Of a stretch of DNA of 64,000 nt, positions 1-13,456 are shown piece after piece. This DNA comes from Eukaryota sp. GEM-RC1. Taxonomy: Eukaryota. The stretch's first letter is position 1, and every line of letters begins with the position of its first letter. Position numbers and translations under genes: made by a program. The notes under the pieces are model-generated. The model was not told the DNA's origin and did no database searches. It saw nothing but the letters and a program-made list of their open reading frames with translations. Location of the stretch: assembly GCA_040285855.1 (NCBI GenBank), contig JAUFOQ010000010.1, forward strand, positions 1,054,001 through 1,118,000, read 5' to 3'.

Positions 1-1913
1 CATATTTGAGGTAAAAATGGCACTCTTAGAGTCAATCAAATCTGATTGTTCTTGTATGAGTGCAATGGAACGTGATTGTTTGGCTCTTGGTTTGTAGTTT
101 GATCCACCATAAATGTTGATTGATCCAATGGAAGACCCAGCAAGACTTGATCGATCAGATGACGTCAGCAATTGCACCTGGTCTGTGATTGCTTGAGCTT
201 TTGCTGGTCACATTCGATTTCTTCCGCAAACTTCGCATATGATTCCAATAATTGCTTCTGTTCTCCGTGGGAATATAGCATTCTGTTGAAGAGAGTTTGA
301 AGAGAGAGTTTGGATGATTGAACTTTTTGTAAAATTTTGGGTAACACGGATAGATCAACACGTTCTGATATTAGAATAGACCAAAATTTGAATAATTCTT
401 CAAGCGTCTGATTGTGTAGTAGATTGATCTCTTTTTGGTGTCGTTGATATTGGATAAACGATGATGAATCGACTGTAACACCAGTAGAGTGTGTTCGACG
501 AAGACTGTCTAATAACTGCGAATATTTAAAAAATTGAAATTTTTCGTCAATGGTGAGGTCAACGTCCAAGTCTTTTAGAGATGCAAATGAAACTCCAGCA
601 GTGACATGATCTTTGAGAACTAAAATTTCAAATCTGAGCTTCCAGATTAAAAAGAGTGGATAATTTGAAAATTTTGATTCACCTTCTGCAAAAAAAAGTC
701 TTGACTGCTAACAAATTCTGTACTAGAGCAGTTTTTGTTCCAATAGACCGTGTGAAGCAGTCAAAAACAAATACATTTTTAAAATATTGAGAATTAAATT
801 TTCGTACATCATGAAAATTAAAATCAATATCCGATAAAGATTCATTCTGTTCCGTAGAAGAACTACGTTCGAGATGATACTGATACCGTGCAACAATTTT
901 GAATATTTTGCGAATTTTCAACCACGTGATCAATCCCCAAAGACTTCCAAATAACGCCATTAAGCCATAAAATAGAGCAGCATTACCATATTGACCAATT
1001 GAATAAAACTGACTGGTAAACGAGTGACCAAAAGGCAACTGCCGTTCCCACCCACAATCCAAACCCAATCATGACCTTGATGTTGACGTGAGACTTGTAG
1101 AAAGGAAGGCATTTGAAGTAAACATACGAGACGTAAAGAGATCCGAGAAGGTATATCACACGGAACTCCCAGTAGCGATGGTGTGCTAGAAAGAAGAAGG
1201 AGATGATGACTACTTGAACAATGAGGAACTTGGACTGAGCACGAGTATGAGAGGAAGAGAAGATGCGTTTGGAGAAAGGATTGTCACTGGTGGTTAGTGT
1301 CCATACATAGCGGATGAAGAGGAAGAAGGCGATGAGGAGGAGGATGAGGACACGTTGGATGATACCAGATGCATTAGAGCATGAGGAATCTACTGAGTCT
1401 TGAGTAAAGGAAAGTGAAGAGGGGGAGGGGGGTTGGCAGGGCAGAAAAGAGAAGAGGTAGGAAATGATTGGAAAGAACAGAACTTCCAGGACGACCTTGG
1501 CAATCAAAGATAAGAGAATCAATGTAACAGTGGTGAGTCTGTGGGAGCAATTGACTAAGGAGATCACCAACACCAGCGTGGTCAGTATCAGACAGATAAC
1601 AGTGATTGATGTTAGAAGAATTGTAGGACTTATAAGAATGTAGTTATCGTAGATCGGGAGAGATACCAGACGTAAGAAAGGCTGGATATCGAATATCGCA
1701 GGGAAACTTAGGGTACGGGTGACAAATCCAATGACTTGGAAGATTATTACGTACCAACAAACATAGGAAAGTCTATCAAACCTGGGCGATACTTTAGTGA
1801 CTTGAAGAAGTTGTTTGAAAACACAGAGAAAGTGGTTATGAAGAGTACCTGACGTCCTGTTGTTAAAGAAATCACAACCAAACATACAAGGTTAAAGAAG
1901 AAAGTTCAGACAT
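1..1913 (-). CDS. TmcB/TmcC-like multi-pass membrane protein (5' part; runs off left edge; 1 intron, 3 apparent frameshifts)
   Basis: ATG at 1913. Removing a 31-nt intron (1857-1887) joins MSELSSLTL to TSGTLHNH in frame. Several hydrophobic helices and a CLPFY motif are followed by a helical region ending LLESYAKFAEEIECD, typical of TmcB-like proteins. ORFs 983-1885, 679-1068, 165-569 and the frame to the edge join through small indels: ACTG duplication 1008-1015, A8 run 690-697, T4 run 199-202. Confidence 0.65.
1857..1887 (-). other. 31-nt spliceosomal intron
   Basis: Minus strand GTATGTTTGGTTGTGATTTCTTTAACAACAG; removal puts the upstream ATG (1913) in frame with the long ORF. Confidence 0.75.
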
Positions 1914-2621
1914 GATCACAACGTGGACAGCGTGAAGGGATGACCAGCAGGGAAGAGAGCTGTTGATGTTATAGAATCCCGTGGAAATCAACTTTGACAG
2001 ACTGACACTTGTAGATCACATCTTATATTGTAGCATAGACTTCTTAAGACTTCAATGTAATTCGCGTCAAAACAATTTCAACGTTTTGCTTTCTATCTAT
2101 AGGCCATTTACCTTCATGGGATTACGAAGCGGATTGTGTTCTCCTGCTATCAAGGTGTAATTGATGACGTTTGTTTAAGATGAAACCATATCCCTTTATT
2201 GATGAAATCAATGTCGTTTTAACTGTTGGATTCAAAGGAGACTTCTCCAGTCCGCAGTTTTCTTGAAGAAAGCTCACTGGTATCAAACTACAGTAGTTTG
2301 TTGATATCGTATGACATCAAATAGAGACGCCTTAAGCTCGAAGTTTGAACTTCTGACGAAAAAAGACTAAGACTAAGACTGATATGTATTCACTAGACGA
2401 ATATGATCAGCCCAAAAAACGAGAAATAAATTAATTGTGGAAAAAATTGACTATTTTGAACAAGTTCAATTAAACCGCATCAAGCGGAAAACCAGATCGG
2501 CGAGTACGTATATTGTCACAAATACACTCAGCTGAGAATCAAATAATGAACGTACACAAACCTAAGATTTAAACAATCTCTCAACAAAATAACAATAAAA
2601 ACGGTATTAAATAAAAGTAAC

Positions 2622-3692
2622 TTAAACTCTAGCTTTCTTAATAGATGGCTCTCCTGTTTTTACCTCAACCTTATCTCCTCCCATTAAACTAACATTGCTA
2701 ACTACACTCAATGTCCCATCCCCAGATAAGCAAGCAGCTTCATCTCCAACAACATCCAGACCCACCAATCTACCGCCAAAAGATAGAACGGAATTCTTGA
2801 GACTTCTCTTGCTGAAACCTGATTGGGAAGATGTGACGTTGCATACGGATAGCTCATTGTCGAGTGACGTCATGATGACAAGGCACGGGTTGATGTGAGA
2901 CCACCGAAGATTGACCACTTCGTATTTGGTGACGTTTTTGATTCGTTGACTGACAGACAATCGGGAAGTGTCGATGATATTAAGATTTCGAGACTTGCCG
3001 CTTATAGCAAGTTGATTGCCATTCGGTGACAGACACATACAATAAAGTCCATCAAAACACACAAACAATCGTTTCTTAACAAGCTTTGGTGATGATAAAT
3101 CAACACAATTAACATGTCCGTGCTCTAAAACAAAGAACACGTTCTTAGAACTTGAAGGACAAATGGCATTCACAGGTTCTAGAAAGGGTATACTCTTGAT
3201 CAAAGAACCGTCGTGAGAGAAAACAGAGACTGACTTAGCAAGGAGGGAGGAGACGATGATGTAGTCATGTAGGAAGATGGCAGAGTGGAAGTTGGGGAAG
3301 GAACATGGAACAGAGAAGGTTTTGAGGAGAGATATAGAAGAGTTGAGGGATAGGAGGTGGACATTACCAGTTGTAGTAGTGGCAAGGATTAGGTGTTCAT
3401 GGTCGTTTTGTTTGTGAGCTGACATATGGCAGATCTGACCAGAGACTGTGTAGGTTAGGTTGAACTGGGAAGAGGAAGAGGGAAAAGAAGGGAGTGATCG
3501 CAGTTTGAGAATATCATTGGACGAGAATGAAGCAGGAGTTAATGAGACAGTATAGATGGAGGATTGGTTGGCAAAGAGAACTTTGTGGGAAGAAAGTAGA
3601 CATACACGAGAACCTAAGGAAAAGCCTGGATCTATAGCGAGACAATCATGTTCTAATGTTGAGATGTAAGTACTGAAAGGGATGTTGATCAT
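2622..3692 (-). CDS. WD40/beta-propeller repeat protein
   Basis: 356-aa ORF with WD-like blades (LSPNGNQLAISGKSRNLNIID, LRWSHINPCLVIMTSLDNELSV, AACLSGDGTLSVV) and a basic C-terminal NLS-like PSIKKARV; the true start may lie slightly upstream. Confidence 0.75.
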   Translation of the reverse strand: MINIPFSTYISTLEHDCLAIDPGFSLGSRVCLLSSHKVLFANQSSIYTVSLTPASFSSNDILKLRSLPSFPSSSSQFNLTYTVSGQICHMSAHKQNDHEHLILATTTTGNVHLLSLNSSISLLKTFSVPCSFPNFHSAIFLHDYIIVSSLLAKSVSVFSHDGSLIKSIPFLEPVNAICPSSSKNVFFVLEHGHVNCVDLSSPKLVKKRLFVCFDGLYCMCLSPNGNQLAISGKSRNLNIIDTSRLSVSQRIKNVTKYEVVNLRWSHINPCLVIMTSLDNELSVCNVTSSQSGFSKRSLKNSVLSFGGRLVGLDVVGDEAACLSGDGTLSVVSNVSLMGGDKVEVKTGEPSIKKARV

Positions 3693-3822
3693 GCAGTTGT
3701 ACAGAGGCTGAGTTAAAGAACGAATAAAGGTGGTTCTTTTGGAAGAGAATGTTTGAAGTCATTGTCAAAACTCCTATTAGTCATTTGTTATGATTGTATC
3801 ATCATCTCTTTGCTTTCTTGAG

Positions 3823-4083
3823 ATGGACAGTTGTCTTCATGTTGCGATTGATGATCTTTGGGTCTATTACCGACAGACTCGGCGTCCCACCATTGCAAGC
3901 ATTAGGTTTCTTTGTTCCAGAGTCAAGTCCTTGTCTCATACGGACAAACGGTTGTTCTCAGCATTGCTTCGTTACGTGCGTCTTATTACTTGTAAGAAAA
4001 GAGACGGAAAAATGGCTGTTTTGACCATAATCTATCAGGAGTTGACCGAAAATGAATTGGTTTGTTCGGAATCCTTTGGTTGA
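3823..4083 (+). CDS. small hypothetical protein, divergent from the WD40 gene
   Basis: 86-codon ATG-initiated ORF with protein-like composition; no recognisable motif. Confidence 0.3.
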   Translation: MDSCLHVAIDDLWVYYRQTRRPTIASIRFLCSRVKSLSHTDKRLFSALLRYVRLITCKKRDGKMAVLTIIYQELTENELVCSESFG

Positions 4084-4171
4084 ATCTAACACTGTTGTCT
4101 GTGCATTTGCATGTAGTGTGTTCTAGTTTTTTCTGTAAAATTTGATCTTTTGTCATGTCCATTACCCGTAT

Positions 4172-4965
4172 TAGGAATGTTAAATAGTTCAGTTCAGTTC
4201 AAAAAAGCGTGTGAACTGAACCCAATATACCATTGTTTCCACAATAATATACCTAAAATCAAATCAACAGGTCATCAACAAATACATGTAGTACTCAATC
4301 GTTGCAAAATTTAACAAAACTTTATGCTTTAATTAGACATCAGTAATTAACCACGAGTGCATGCAAGCAAGCGATTAAACTGAATCATCACTTAACCAGG
4401 ATCTGTATTTACATGCAATCAGTACTGCATGTGAAAATAAACGCTCAGACGCAACACTACTGGCTTGAATTGTTGCATTTCTCCAAAATAGCGTTGACAA
4501 TCTAGGGTACGCGTTGTGATTGATGGACCAATAGTGTAAAGGATTGGATGAAACATCACAAGTATCTTCTGTGTTATACTTGTTCAACTCCGCAAACACT
4601 TTCTTTCGACGACTTTCTTCTTCTTCCGATTCTTCTTTCGTTTTCGGCTCTTCGATGTAAGTTAATCATTAAGAAAGGTAAGTTTACCTAAGTAAAAGGT
4701 CAATTTGATCTTTATACACTTGTCACTTGCGTCCTTACGTTGCTTTTAGTTGACCATTTCATAACACTATTGGGATACTTCATCTTACGTTCCTTATATG
4801 TGGTGAAAAGATGCATTTATGTAGTAATAAAAAATGTAATAAAATGTAAGTTCATTCAGTTCAGTTCAGTTCATGGAGGTGTGAACTGAACTGTACTTGT
4901 TCTCAGAGATGAGTGAACTGAATTAGTTCATGAACTGAACTAAACTAAACTCATTGACATTCCTA
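4172..4965 (-). mobile_element. internally deleted hAT element
   Basis: TIRs TAGGAATGT(T/C)AA; near-perfect 8-bp TSD ACCCGTAT/ATCCGTAT; GTTCA subterminal repeats at both ends; internal hAT dimerisation-domain fragment 4375-4599 (PLHYW..YPRLS..QASSVASERLFS). Confidence 0.85.
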
Positions 4966-7426
4966 ATCCGTATCCTATCGATACCCCATGTTCAACAACT
5001 CTACTGTCTGCGAAGGTCATTCACCGAGTCCACCAGTTAGGAATGTCCGTATTGATCTCAACAGAATCATGTACGGAATAACTGACACTTGACGAGGCAG
5101 ATATTGTTCTAGGAACCTTTCAGCCGTTTCAGCCACAACTTGATGCTAAAAATCACTTCTTAATCGTCTCTTCTTCTACCATGTCATTTGGATAGGTGTT
5201 TTGCATTAGGGTTCTTAATCAGTTCAGTTGAGCCCACTAGCTCTACAAACTAAACTGAACTGAACTAAGTTGAACGGGCACGTGATGATTAAGATTAATC
5301 ATATCAACAATCCATATCGGTATAGCCGTTCCAACTTCTTGGGTGACCAGATAGTCACTCAACCCATGTCCATTATAGTGTATTTTCGCTAATATGATCG
5401 TTATGTTAGAGTGTTTGGATTTGTAGCTTATAAACTGAGATTGTGTTGTCTGTCTCTCTTTCGGTGTTTTGACTAAATTGATTTGTATGTAGTGTTAGAG
5501 AAGATTGCGATACATAGTAGATGTCTTCACTTCTAATAACGGGGCATCTGTTCTTAAAAATGTCTGGCAACAAAAAACTAGCAGTTCAGTATCCTTGATG
5601 AAGTTTTTGTGAACGAAAACATTTAACAATTAGATGTATTAGATGATTTAGAGTATCTTTGAGAGATAAAACATTCTTTTAAAAGACGATGAATGAAAAG
5701 GAATGTCCTCGTCTTTGACTCCTGTCTATGTATACTGACCATGAAACGCAAATGTCCGTACCGCGGCTATTTTTGGCGTACCGAACCCTACCGGTACATG
5801 TACCGGTACTGTACTGTTGACCGACTAAAATATAGTATTACTATTGTGAACATGCTGATCCAATGTGAGATTTTAACAGTTGCCATCATCATAAATTCTA
5901 CCGTTAAACATTGTTCAGGATATCATCATCGTGATTGTCACACATGTTAGGTGTTCACATTTAGGGCACATCAGTGCTGACCACAATTTCCCCAATATGA
6001 CATTTTACGTACGAAGCTCAGCATTCGCTCAAAATCGACAATAGTAGCGTCTGCGAATCACATTTAACGAGTGACCACGACGTAATAAAACAATGACAAA
6101 GAGTCCAAAAACCCACAGAGTGTATTTCTAAACTAACAGAAGATGCGGTTTTGCACTAGTGCTGTGTTTGACTACGGAATAAACCACTACTCAAAACATA
6201 ATATTTGTATCCATTTACAATGTAGTTTATTCATAATCAGGCTTTTTATAAAATCATATGACATCGGTACGGAGAAAACAAATCGGTACGTACCATAGAT
6301 TTGCGCACATTGGTACTGACCAGAGAGGACTAATAAATATCTATATTGCAAACAAATATTGATTTTCGACTGTTTCGGTAGTGCAGTATTTATTGCCTGA
6401 TATTGGAATATTTAAATACATATGATTGAAGTCAAACACTTAAAGGTGACCACAATACACACACATTTGAACTGAAATGGCGTTTTTCAGTGACATTAGA
6501 TTGTGCCTTATTTGTCTATTGTTTCAATATCTCTTGCTGTCAGCCACAAACTACAATAAGTTATGCTTTCCATTCATCTTACCACGAAACTGTGACAACC
6601 ACATGTCTGTTTACTAAAGCTAATCTAAAGCTAGAAGTCCAACGTTGTCCTTTTGTTGAACCAGACAGTCTTGATAAACAACTGTTTCTACGTGGAAAGC
6701 ATGAGTATTGGGACTTTACCGTTAGTTGAATGCATTGATAACACAAGAAGAGCTAAAGACGATGATGCTGAAGATGTGATGATGAGTAAGTTTGTGTGGA
6801 TTGAGTATTTTTGTCTTACTAAATGACATCAAAACTAAGATCCGTATTTATTTAAATATTGTAATACATATTGCAAAACATGGAGTCTGAATACATATGT
6901 ATTTTCATCGAATCACAATATCATATATTTTTAAATTTTTATTAGTCCTCCATGCTTTGTACCATCATGTATTCTAACATGAACATTATAAAGTGATATT
7001 GCCTCTACAAGAAGCGTTGTAAATCCGCTCAAACAATCCACAACCTGGAGAAGCTTCTTCGTCCAAAGTATCTTCTCTCTGGTCAATGCAACTCAAGCTG
7101 TATCCCTCTACACAGTCATATTGTTTGATTGTGATTCTTCCAAGAAATTTCACGATTCAACACTATTGCGTACTGTTTGACAATACAAGTATTAATACAA
7201 TGTATTGAATACCCGTCACGTGGTGTTCTTCCATTGATTTGCATCACAGTGAGTTATTCATTCTTCGACACCAACTCCCAATTCAACTAACACGTTTTGA
7301 CGTCAATACTTACTGGATTGGTAATATAACTCAGACACACACTACTAGTAGTGGTAGTAGTACTGTAGTGGCAAATCATATGCAAAATTTCCCAACGGTA
7401 TCTGAACAAAATCGTCCCAAAACCCC

Positions 7427-8314
7427 ATGTCTTACTCTCAACCTCCACTGAAGCGTAGTCGTTCATTCGATGAAGATTCTATACTAATGTATACGTATTC
7501 TACTGATATCCCATCTGCTCCTATCTCTCATCAAAGTGACAGACTATCTCGCTTCGCTTCTGTTGTTCGTGACTATGAAATCAGCGAAAAGATGGCACTT
7601 CATCTCCGAAAACTTGAACGCTTTGATATTGTTGTCATCGCTGATGATAGTGGATCCATGCTGACACCTCTGACACCAATTTCTAGTACAAGTCCAAGTC
7701 AAACTCGCTGGGATGAACTTAAGGGACAAGTTCAGATCATTACCAGAATTGCCACATGTCTAGATTCTGATGGCATTGACATTTACTTCTTAAACCGCTC
7801 TGGTCTCAACAATGTCACAGAAACCTCACAAATTGACCAACTTTTCTCCAATCCCCCTCGAGGATACACCCCTCTAACACGTGTCCTACGCCAGGCTATC
7901 TCTGACAAGCATCACGTCATCAATGATCCTGAACTAGGGAAGTCTTTACTTGTCATTATAATTACTGATGGACAACCAACTACTGACGATGGATATTCTG
8001 ACATTAAGACCTTTCTAGATGAACTCAACAAAAGACCAGACAATGTCCACGTGTCAATTGTTGCTTGTACAGACGATGACCGGACGCTAGAGTATCTAAA
8101 TACTTTGGATGACAATAGTGTTCATTTAGATGTTGTTGATGACTATATCAATGAAAGAAAAGAGATTCTTGAAGCTCAAGGTAGTAATTTCCCTTTCTCA
8201 TATGGTGATTATGTTGTTAAAATACTGTGTGGGTCTGTTGTTAAGGAATTAGATGAATTGGACAGTAGAAAAGGATCTTCAAGTTCAAGCTCAGAGGGCT
8301 GTGTGATTTTGTAG
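7427..8314 (+). CDS. von Willebrand factor A domain protein with C-terminal CaaX prenylation motif
   Basis: Intact 295-aa ORF; MIDAS motif DDSGS, GYTPL and IITDG; ends SSSSSSEGCVIL. Confidence 0.9.
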   Translation: MSYSQPPLKRSRSFDEDSILMYTYSTDIPSAPISHQSDRLSRFASVVRDYEISEKMALHLRKLERFDIVVIADDSGSMLTPLTPISSTSPSQTRWDELKGQVQIITRIATCLDSDGIDIYFLNRSGLNNVTETSQIDQLFSNPPRGYTPLTRVLRQAISDKHHVINDPELGKSLLVIIITDGQPTTDDGYSDIKTFLDELNKRPDNVHVSIVACTDDDRTLEYLNTLDDNSVHLDVVDDYINERKEILEAQGSNFPFSYGDYVVKILCGSVVKELDELDSRKGSSSSSSEGCVIL

Positions 8315-11300
8315 TTTAAATAGTGTTGCTTTTGTGTTTTCAGATCAGCTAGGGCTCCAATATTCTTTAATTTTTGAATTTTCAGAATTCTATTTTTGGT
8401 TCTGTTGGCCTTTAGTTTTCTTTTGATTCAGGACTGGCGTTACTGGATTTTTTTGATGTGACTTTATTTTTTTGATAAGAGAATGGTTATGTATTCAGTT
8501 TATTAGTAATAAGTTGTGACGACTACAAGTTTTGTGTAATACAATTAGTATTCAATCCTTTTTAATAGCTAAATGGATTGGTTGATTTACCGATTTCCGA
8601 TAAACTTTATTTAGGGGTATTATAGTTATTAAAGAATTGAATGTAATCAGACCATAACGACGACACTATACATTGGATACACAGAGGAGCCTTTTATCTT
8701 TCAACACAAATGTACATTTCTGCCGAATTAATCATAGGTGGATTTGACTTGAACTAAACGTAACATATATTGTATTGCTTTTGTCGAAGTGCCCTGATAT
8801 TTGCTTTCTTTACCATAACCCAATTTTACATCAACAGAACGTGTTAACACGCATTGAACACAAAGCCACAACCAAGAAATTTAGCAACGTTACGGACACA
8901 TGGCGGTAATGGTGAACATAATCTAACAACTACTTTAGGTAGCTACATTTCGGAATAGGCAACTACTTTTGGGAATTAGCTAGTTCGTTTGATAATTTGT
9001 TTTAATAATGTTTATTTATTTGTTGTTTTCTTATTATGTGTTTTTTTGTACATAATTCCGTTTTGTTAATCTAACACTGGTTTTTTAGCAATAACACTGA
9101 ATCAATAGAGTTATCACTTGAGAGGATTTGACGTGTAACATGAGAGGTAGGGCTTGCTAGATTGTCGTAGGTGAGTCATTTAGGGACATTCAAACAAAAA
9201 TTGTCGAAGTTAACCTTTGTCAGAAACTCTAGTTCTCACTTTAAGATGTTAAAGAAGGTAACGTGTCATTGTGTAATACATTGTTTGTTGTGAAAATTGT
9301 ATTGTTCAACAAAAAGACAATGCAATATATTGTTTGTGGTCGGTGATTAGATAATGTAATGTTGTTAATTATTTGTGAAGATGATACCATACAAAAAATA
9401 GGTATTTTCAGTGCTGGTACAATTGCTATTGACTTTTAGTTTTTTAGCTCCGGGTCATTTCAATGTGTGTTGGTAGACATGTGAAACGGCCAACAATGTT
9501 TTCGAAATAGTGTTTTCAAGTATGGGAATACAGTCTTAAATGTGTTTTTCGTAGTGTATTTGTTTTCAAAACATTTAAACTTTACATTTGATATGATGTC
9601 ATCACCGATCGACTGTCCAGAAAAAATATTGTTTTAGTTCAAAGAACATTGAGCAAATGAACCTGGATTTGGCCCCTTGTATGTGCAGTATTATAGTTCT
9701 TCTTCAAAAGATGACAGACAGACGCAGCTTCCAGAACAATTATAATGTTAGTCGTCAGCTTCACTAATTAATGACATCATACATGCACTGGTCAACTGAT
9801 GAACAAGAACTTGTGGTGTCTACGGTTTCACTGATGTTACGCTAAGCTATTTTTATATATATTTTTGTATCATCTATAAACTATTTTTGTCACATACACA
9901 TGCGATATTATAAAAATTGCCCACAATAATTGCAATCTGATGGAGTATTGCAACATTTTACTGCAAATAATTGTGGGTCTGCAATTCAGTTCAATACATA
10001 TCTGACCGTGTTGATTTCCACAAATGTGCGCAAAAACGTGGTACTTTGAGGATACATATAACTTTTAATATATGAATGAAATAAATCCATTTAATTGAAC
10101 TTTGACTCAGCTCTACCACTTCTTTCATAGTGTTGATGTGTGATTCGAAATAACTGATTGCTTGATTCTTCTACTGTTTGTTCGATTCGAGTGTACTACA
10201 GGTCCCTTACTTATATCGTTATGTTATGGTAACTGTACTAGTAGAAAGTAAAAACTATAAATGTAATTTAATTTAAATTATTAAATAACCATAACCATGC
10301 GGACTGATGTTTAATGTTGTTGAATTATCAATTTTTTCTCACATCTTCAAGTTTAGACTCAATGTCACATATTGTAATCCTAAATGATGACGTGTGATCG
10401 GTATTTGATCCTTTGGAAACCACTTGTGTTCTGTTTGGCATGTGCTATACTTTAGTCAACAGAGTCAACTCATTTTTGACTGTGGTTAAATCTGTTAAAT
10501 CAAATACTGCATCTCAGTACAAATACCCAGAAATGAACAGAGTAAGCTCTTTAATGTACAACACTCAAAACAATCCAACGAAATCGAACCGTTTACGACA
10601 TTTAGTCGTAATGTTTTGCCAAAATCTTAACTAAACAATTGTCGATGTCTAAATATGAGGCAAAATTTCTAAATGTATTTTTTGGGGCGAATAAAATATA
10701 CATAGTATCAAGAACTGCAGAAAATCGTATGTCCAAGTTTTTTCAGCAAAACTCATTTACATTACGCTTTAGAGTTATGCTCAATTCCTTTTAGAACGTT
10801 CTGAATTGGGAGGACATAAAACAGGAACTATTGAGTTTTAAAACTTGTATTCTACTGTATCATTTTAATAAAAGTATCAGTTTTAACATTTCTCTAAAAT
10901 AATTGGTGTGTCAATTAAGAACTCGTAATGATGTCTTAACAATAAAAGGCTCAAAAATCAAAAAATGTGGAAAACTAAAAACGCTAACATGGTACGAAAC
11001 TGATTCTAACACGTATTAACACATTTTAACACACATGATTCGTTGCAAAGTGTGTGACTTGGTTGCGTTACCATAATTTTTTCCAAAAAGTTGAACAATA
11101 TAAAACTCACATCTACTACACATTCGTCCCTATGATACTGAACAAAAGCAGCGTAGTGGACTTCTCAAACGTCATCTTTCATTTGTGGGCAATAGACGAC
11201 ACTTTTGCCTCATTCAGACAGAAATTTGTAACAGATATTTGCGTGTTACGTGTCAGCAATCACAGTGCGCTGGTTCAACTTAAAGATTTTCTTACATTTG

Positions 11301-11431
11301 TGTTTTGATTAATTTAAAACAATTCATCAACCGAATATTCACTGTGTACAGTACACAACATGTTTTAACAATGTAATAAAAATAATGAAATACATATGTT
11401 TATTACCGTTCAAAAAGAGATCAATTGACGA

Positions 11432-12357
11432 TCATACTTGATTGTCAGGCTGTACTTTTGTATTACTGTTGGACTGCAAGCTCTCAGTATACTTGTCCTT
11501 TAAGAATTGTATCACTTTGGGGACCGCAAACAATAAGATTAATCCAATTGATCCACACAGCATGGCAAGCACTCCATAAAAAAGCCAAACCACTACCACC
11601 AAGATCTGCTCCATCGATTAGTACATTTAATTGTTGAATCTCATCTCCAGTTCCTTTCAAAATTACTCGTGAATCGGTCTCTAAAGAAATTTGACAATCA
11701 GCTAGATCACATGTAATCTTTCTACAATCAGTGAGATCATGAATCATTTGATTGAATTTGTATTCCTTAGTATTAAAATTCCAAAAGAATCCTTTTCTTA
11801 TTCTATGATTAGTTCAAGTTTGAAACGTACATGAAGTGATAACGATCACTATCACCATGGGTATTGGGCGTAGCTATATACTCACACACGTCATCATCAT
11901 CTTTACTACACCAACTCTCAAAATCACGGGAGTAACTTGACTTCCATTCACCCTTGAGTACATAGTGGACAATAGAAGAACCCCAACTTCTGACAATTGT
12001 ACCATACACCTTAGAACCAGCATTGAGAGTAACAGAAATGGCACCTGACGTTTTATCCATCATAAGCAAAGTTTCCCTTTTAGTGTAGATAACAGGAGGG
12101 GAAGGCCAAATCAGAGGAGGGTTGGCATAACAGACATGAGCTGAACCTTGTCCTCCTAAAATGTGAAGAGACTCACTAGCTTCCAAGAAAGATAGATCAA
12201 GAGTACTATTCGGCATGAGGGGAACATAGAAACGTGGTGAAAGAATACTAACAAACCACAAAACAAGTCCAACAATGAAGACAATGCTTAGTGTTGGGAT
12301 CATAACCATCAGCCATATGTCATGACAATCAAGTCCACCGCTGGTTTTTGAACCCAT
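11432..12357 (-). CDS. two-TM protein with APD1-like luminal domain, paralog 1 (28-nt intron; one homopolymer frameshift)
   Basis: Exon 1 is 12357-11831, the intron is 11830-11803, and exon 2 reads IIRKGFFW..MIHDLTDC. One extra T in the run at 11578-11583 switches to the 11432-11614 frame carrying the second TM helix. Clear paralog of 12430-13456. Confidence 0.7.
11803..11830 (-). other. 28-nt spliceosomal intron
   Basis: Minus strand GTACGTTTCAAACTTGAACTAATCATAG; contains the in-frame stop; removal restores the frame. Confidence 0.85.
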
Positions 12358-12429
12358 CTAAGTATTGAAGATGATAATCATTTGTCAGAGTCAAATGTCA
12401 CATCACTTTGTGTGAATACACTCTCATCA

Positions 12430-13456
12430 ATGATAAATACATCCAATAATCTCTGGATCAAACGCTCCTGGTACCTTGGAGGCCCTTCCTGTTTGTTCCC
12501 TCTGCCTTGTGTGCGACCGAATCCTGAACATGGAGATCGGCGAGGTCTCCCAGTGTCAATGCTCTTCTATATTATGCTCTTTGTATCCTTTCTTGGTTTA
12601 ATTCTTTGGCTCGTTGGTCTCAGACTTCGATTTCGAGTTCCTCTCATGCCTCACAGTACTCTTGATCTTTCTTTCTTGGAGCCTCATCATACTATTCAAA
12701 TTTTAGGCGGACGTGGTTCAGCTTTCATGTGCTTTCAAGATCCTCCCCTTCTATCGCCATCTCCTCCCATTATATACAAGGAAAGATATAGCTTGTCCGT
12801 AAATGAAGATCAATATCACGAGTTCCTTGTTAACCTCAATGCAAATTCCATTGTTCGAGGTCAAATTGTCAGAAGTGTCGGATCTTCGCTTTCAAAGGTG
12901 GTGGTTAAAGGAAGAGAGAACTTCCGTGAGTGGAAAAGAGATTTCACATCTACTGGCGAAGGTTGGTGCACTGGAGATGTTTGTGAATACCGAGCTAAGA
13001 ACAACTCACTTGGAGCTAGTGATGTTTATTACTTTTTGTATGTTTCGGGTCTGAACTAACCAAAGATTCAACAACCATGGAATGTTTGACAGTTTCATGA
13101 CTATAGATTTCGAGTTTGATTTAATGGTACACGATCTCACTGATTGTAGAAAGATTGACTGTGATCTAGATGATTGTGATATCCCTTTGGGTTATAACTC
13201 ACGAGTCATTTTGCAGGGATTTGGAAATGAGATTCAGCGGTTAAATGTAGTTGTAGATGGTCAGACTACTGACTTCGCTGGAATTCTTGTAGTTTTTGGA
13301 ATGATTGTCCTGATTATTGGACTTGTTGGTTGTTTAGTTTCCTGTGCACTACCCACTGTCGTACCATTAATAGAGAAGAAACTTACCGAGAGAGCAGATT
13401 CTAAAGCAGCTAGTGAACATTTGCCTTCCAGTAATCTCAATAAGAACAGACTGTGA
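12430..13456 (+). CDS. two-TM protein with APD1-like luminal domain, paralog 2 (intact, 332 aa after splicing)
   Basis: Exons 12430-13037 and 13066-13456 total 999 nt. N- and C-terminal TM helices flank LMPHST..FQDPPLL..YHEFLVNLNANS..YYFLFNN, which resembles the APD1-4 N-terminal/middle domain; no RING finger. Confidence 0.8.
13038..13065 (+). other. 28-nt spliceosomal intron
   Basis: GTATGTTTCGGGTCTGAACTAACCAAAG; its 3n+1 length exactly fixes the +1 offset between ORFs 12382-13059 and 13082-13456. Confidence 0.9.

Noticed and set aside
6321..6954. MITE bounded by GAGGACTAATAAA inverted repeats
   Set aside because: The inverted repeat is present but there is no matching TSD; too decayed to call.
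13038..13082. Programmed +1 ribosomal frameshift at the conserved AAC-TAA in three paralogs
   Set aside because: A 28-nt GT-AG intron with a branch-point motif explains both the stop and the frame offset in all three copies.
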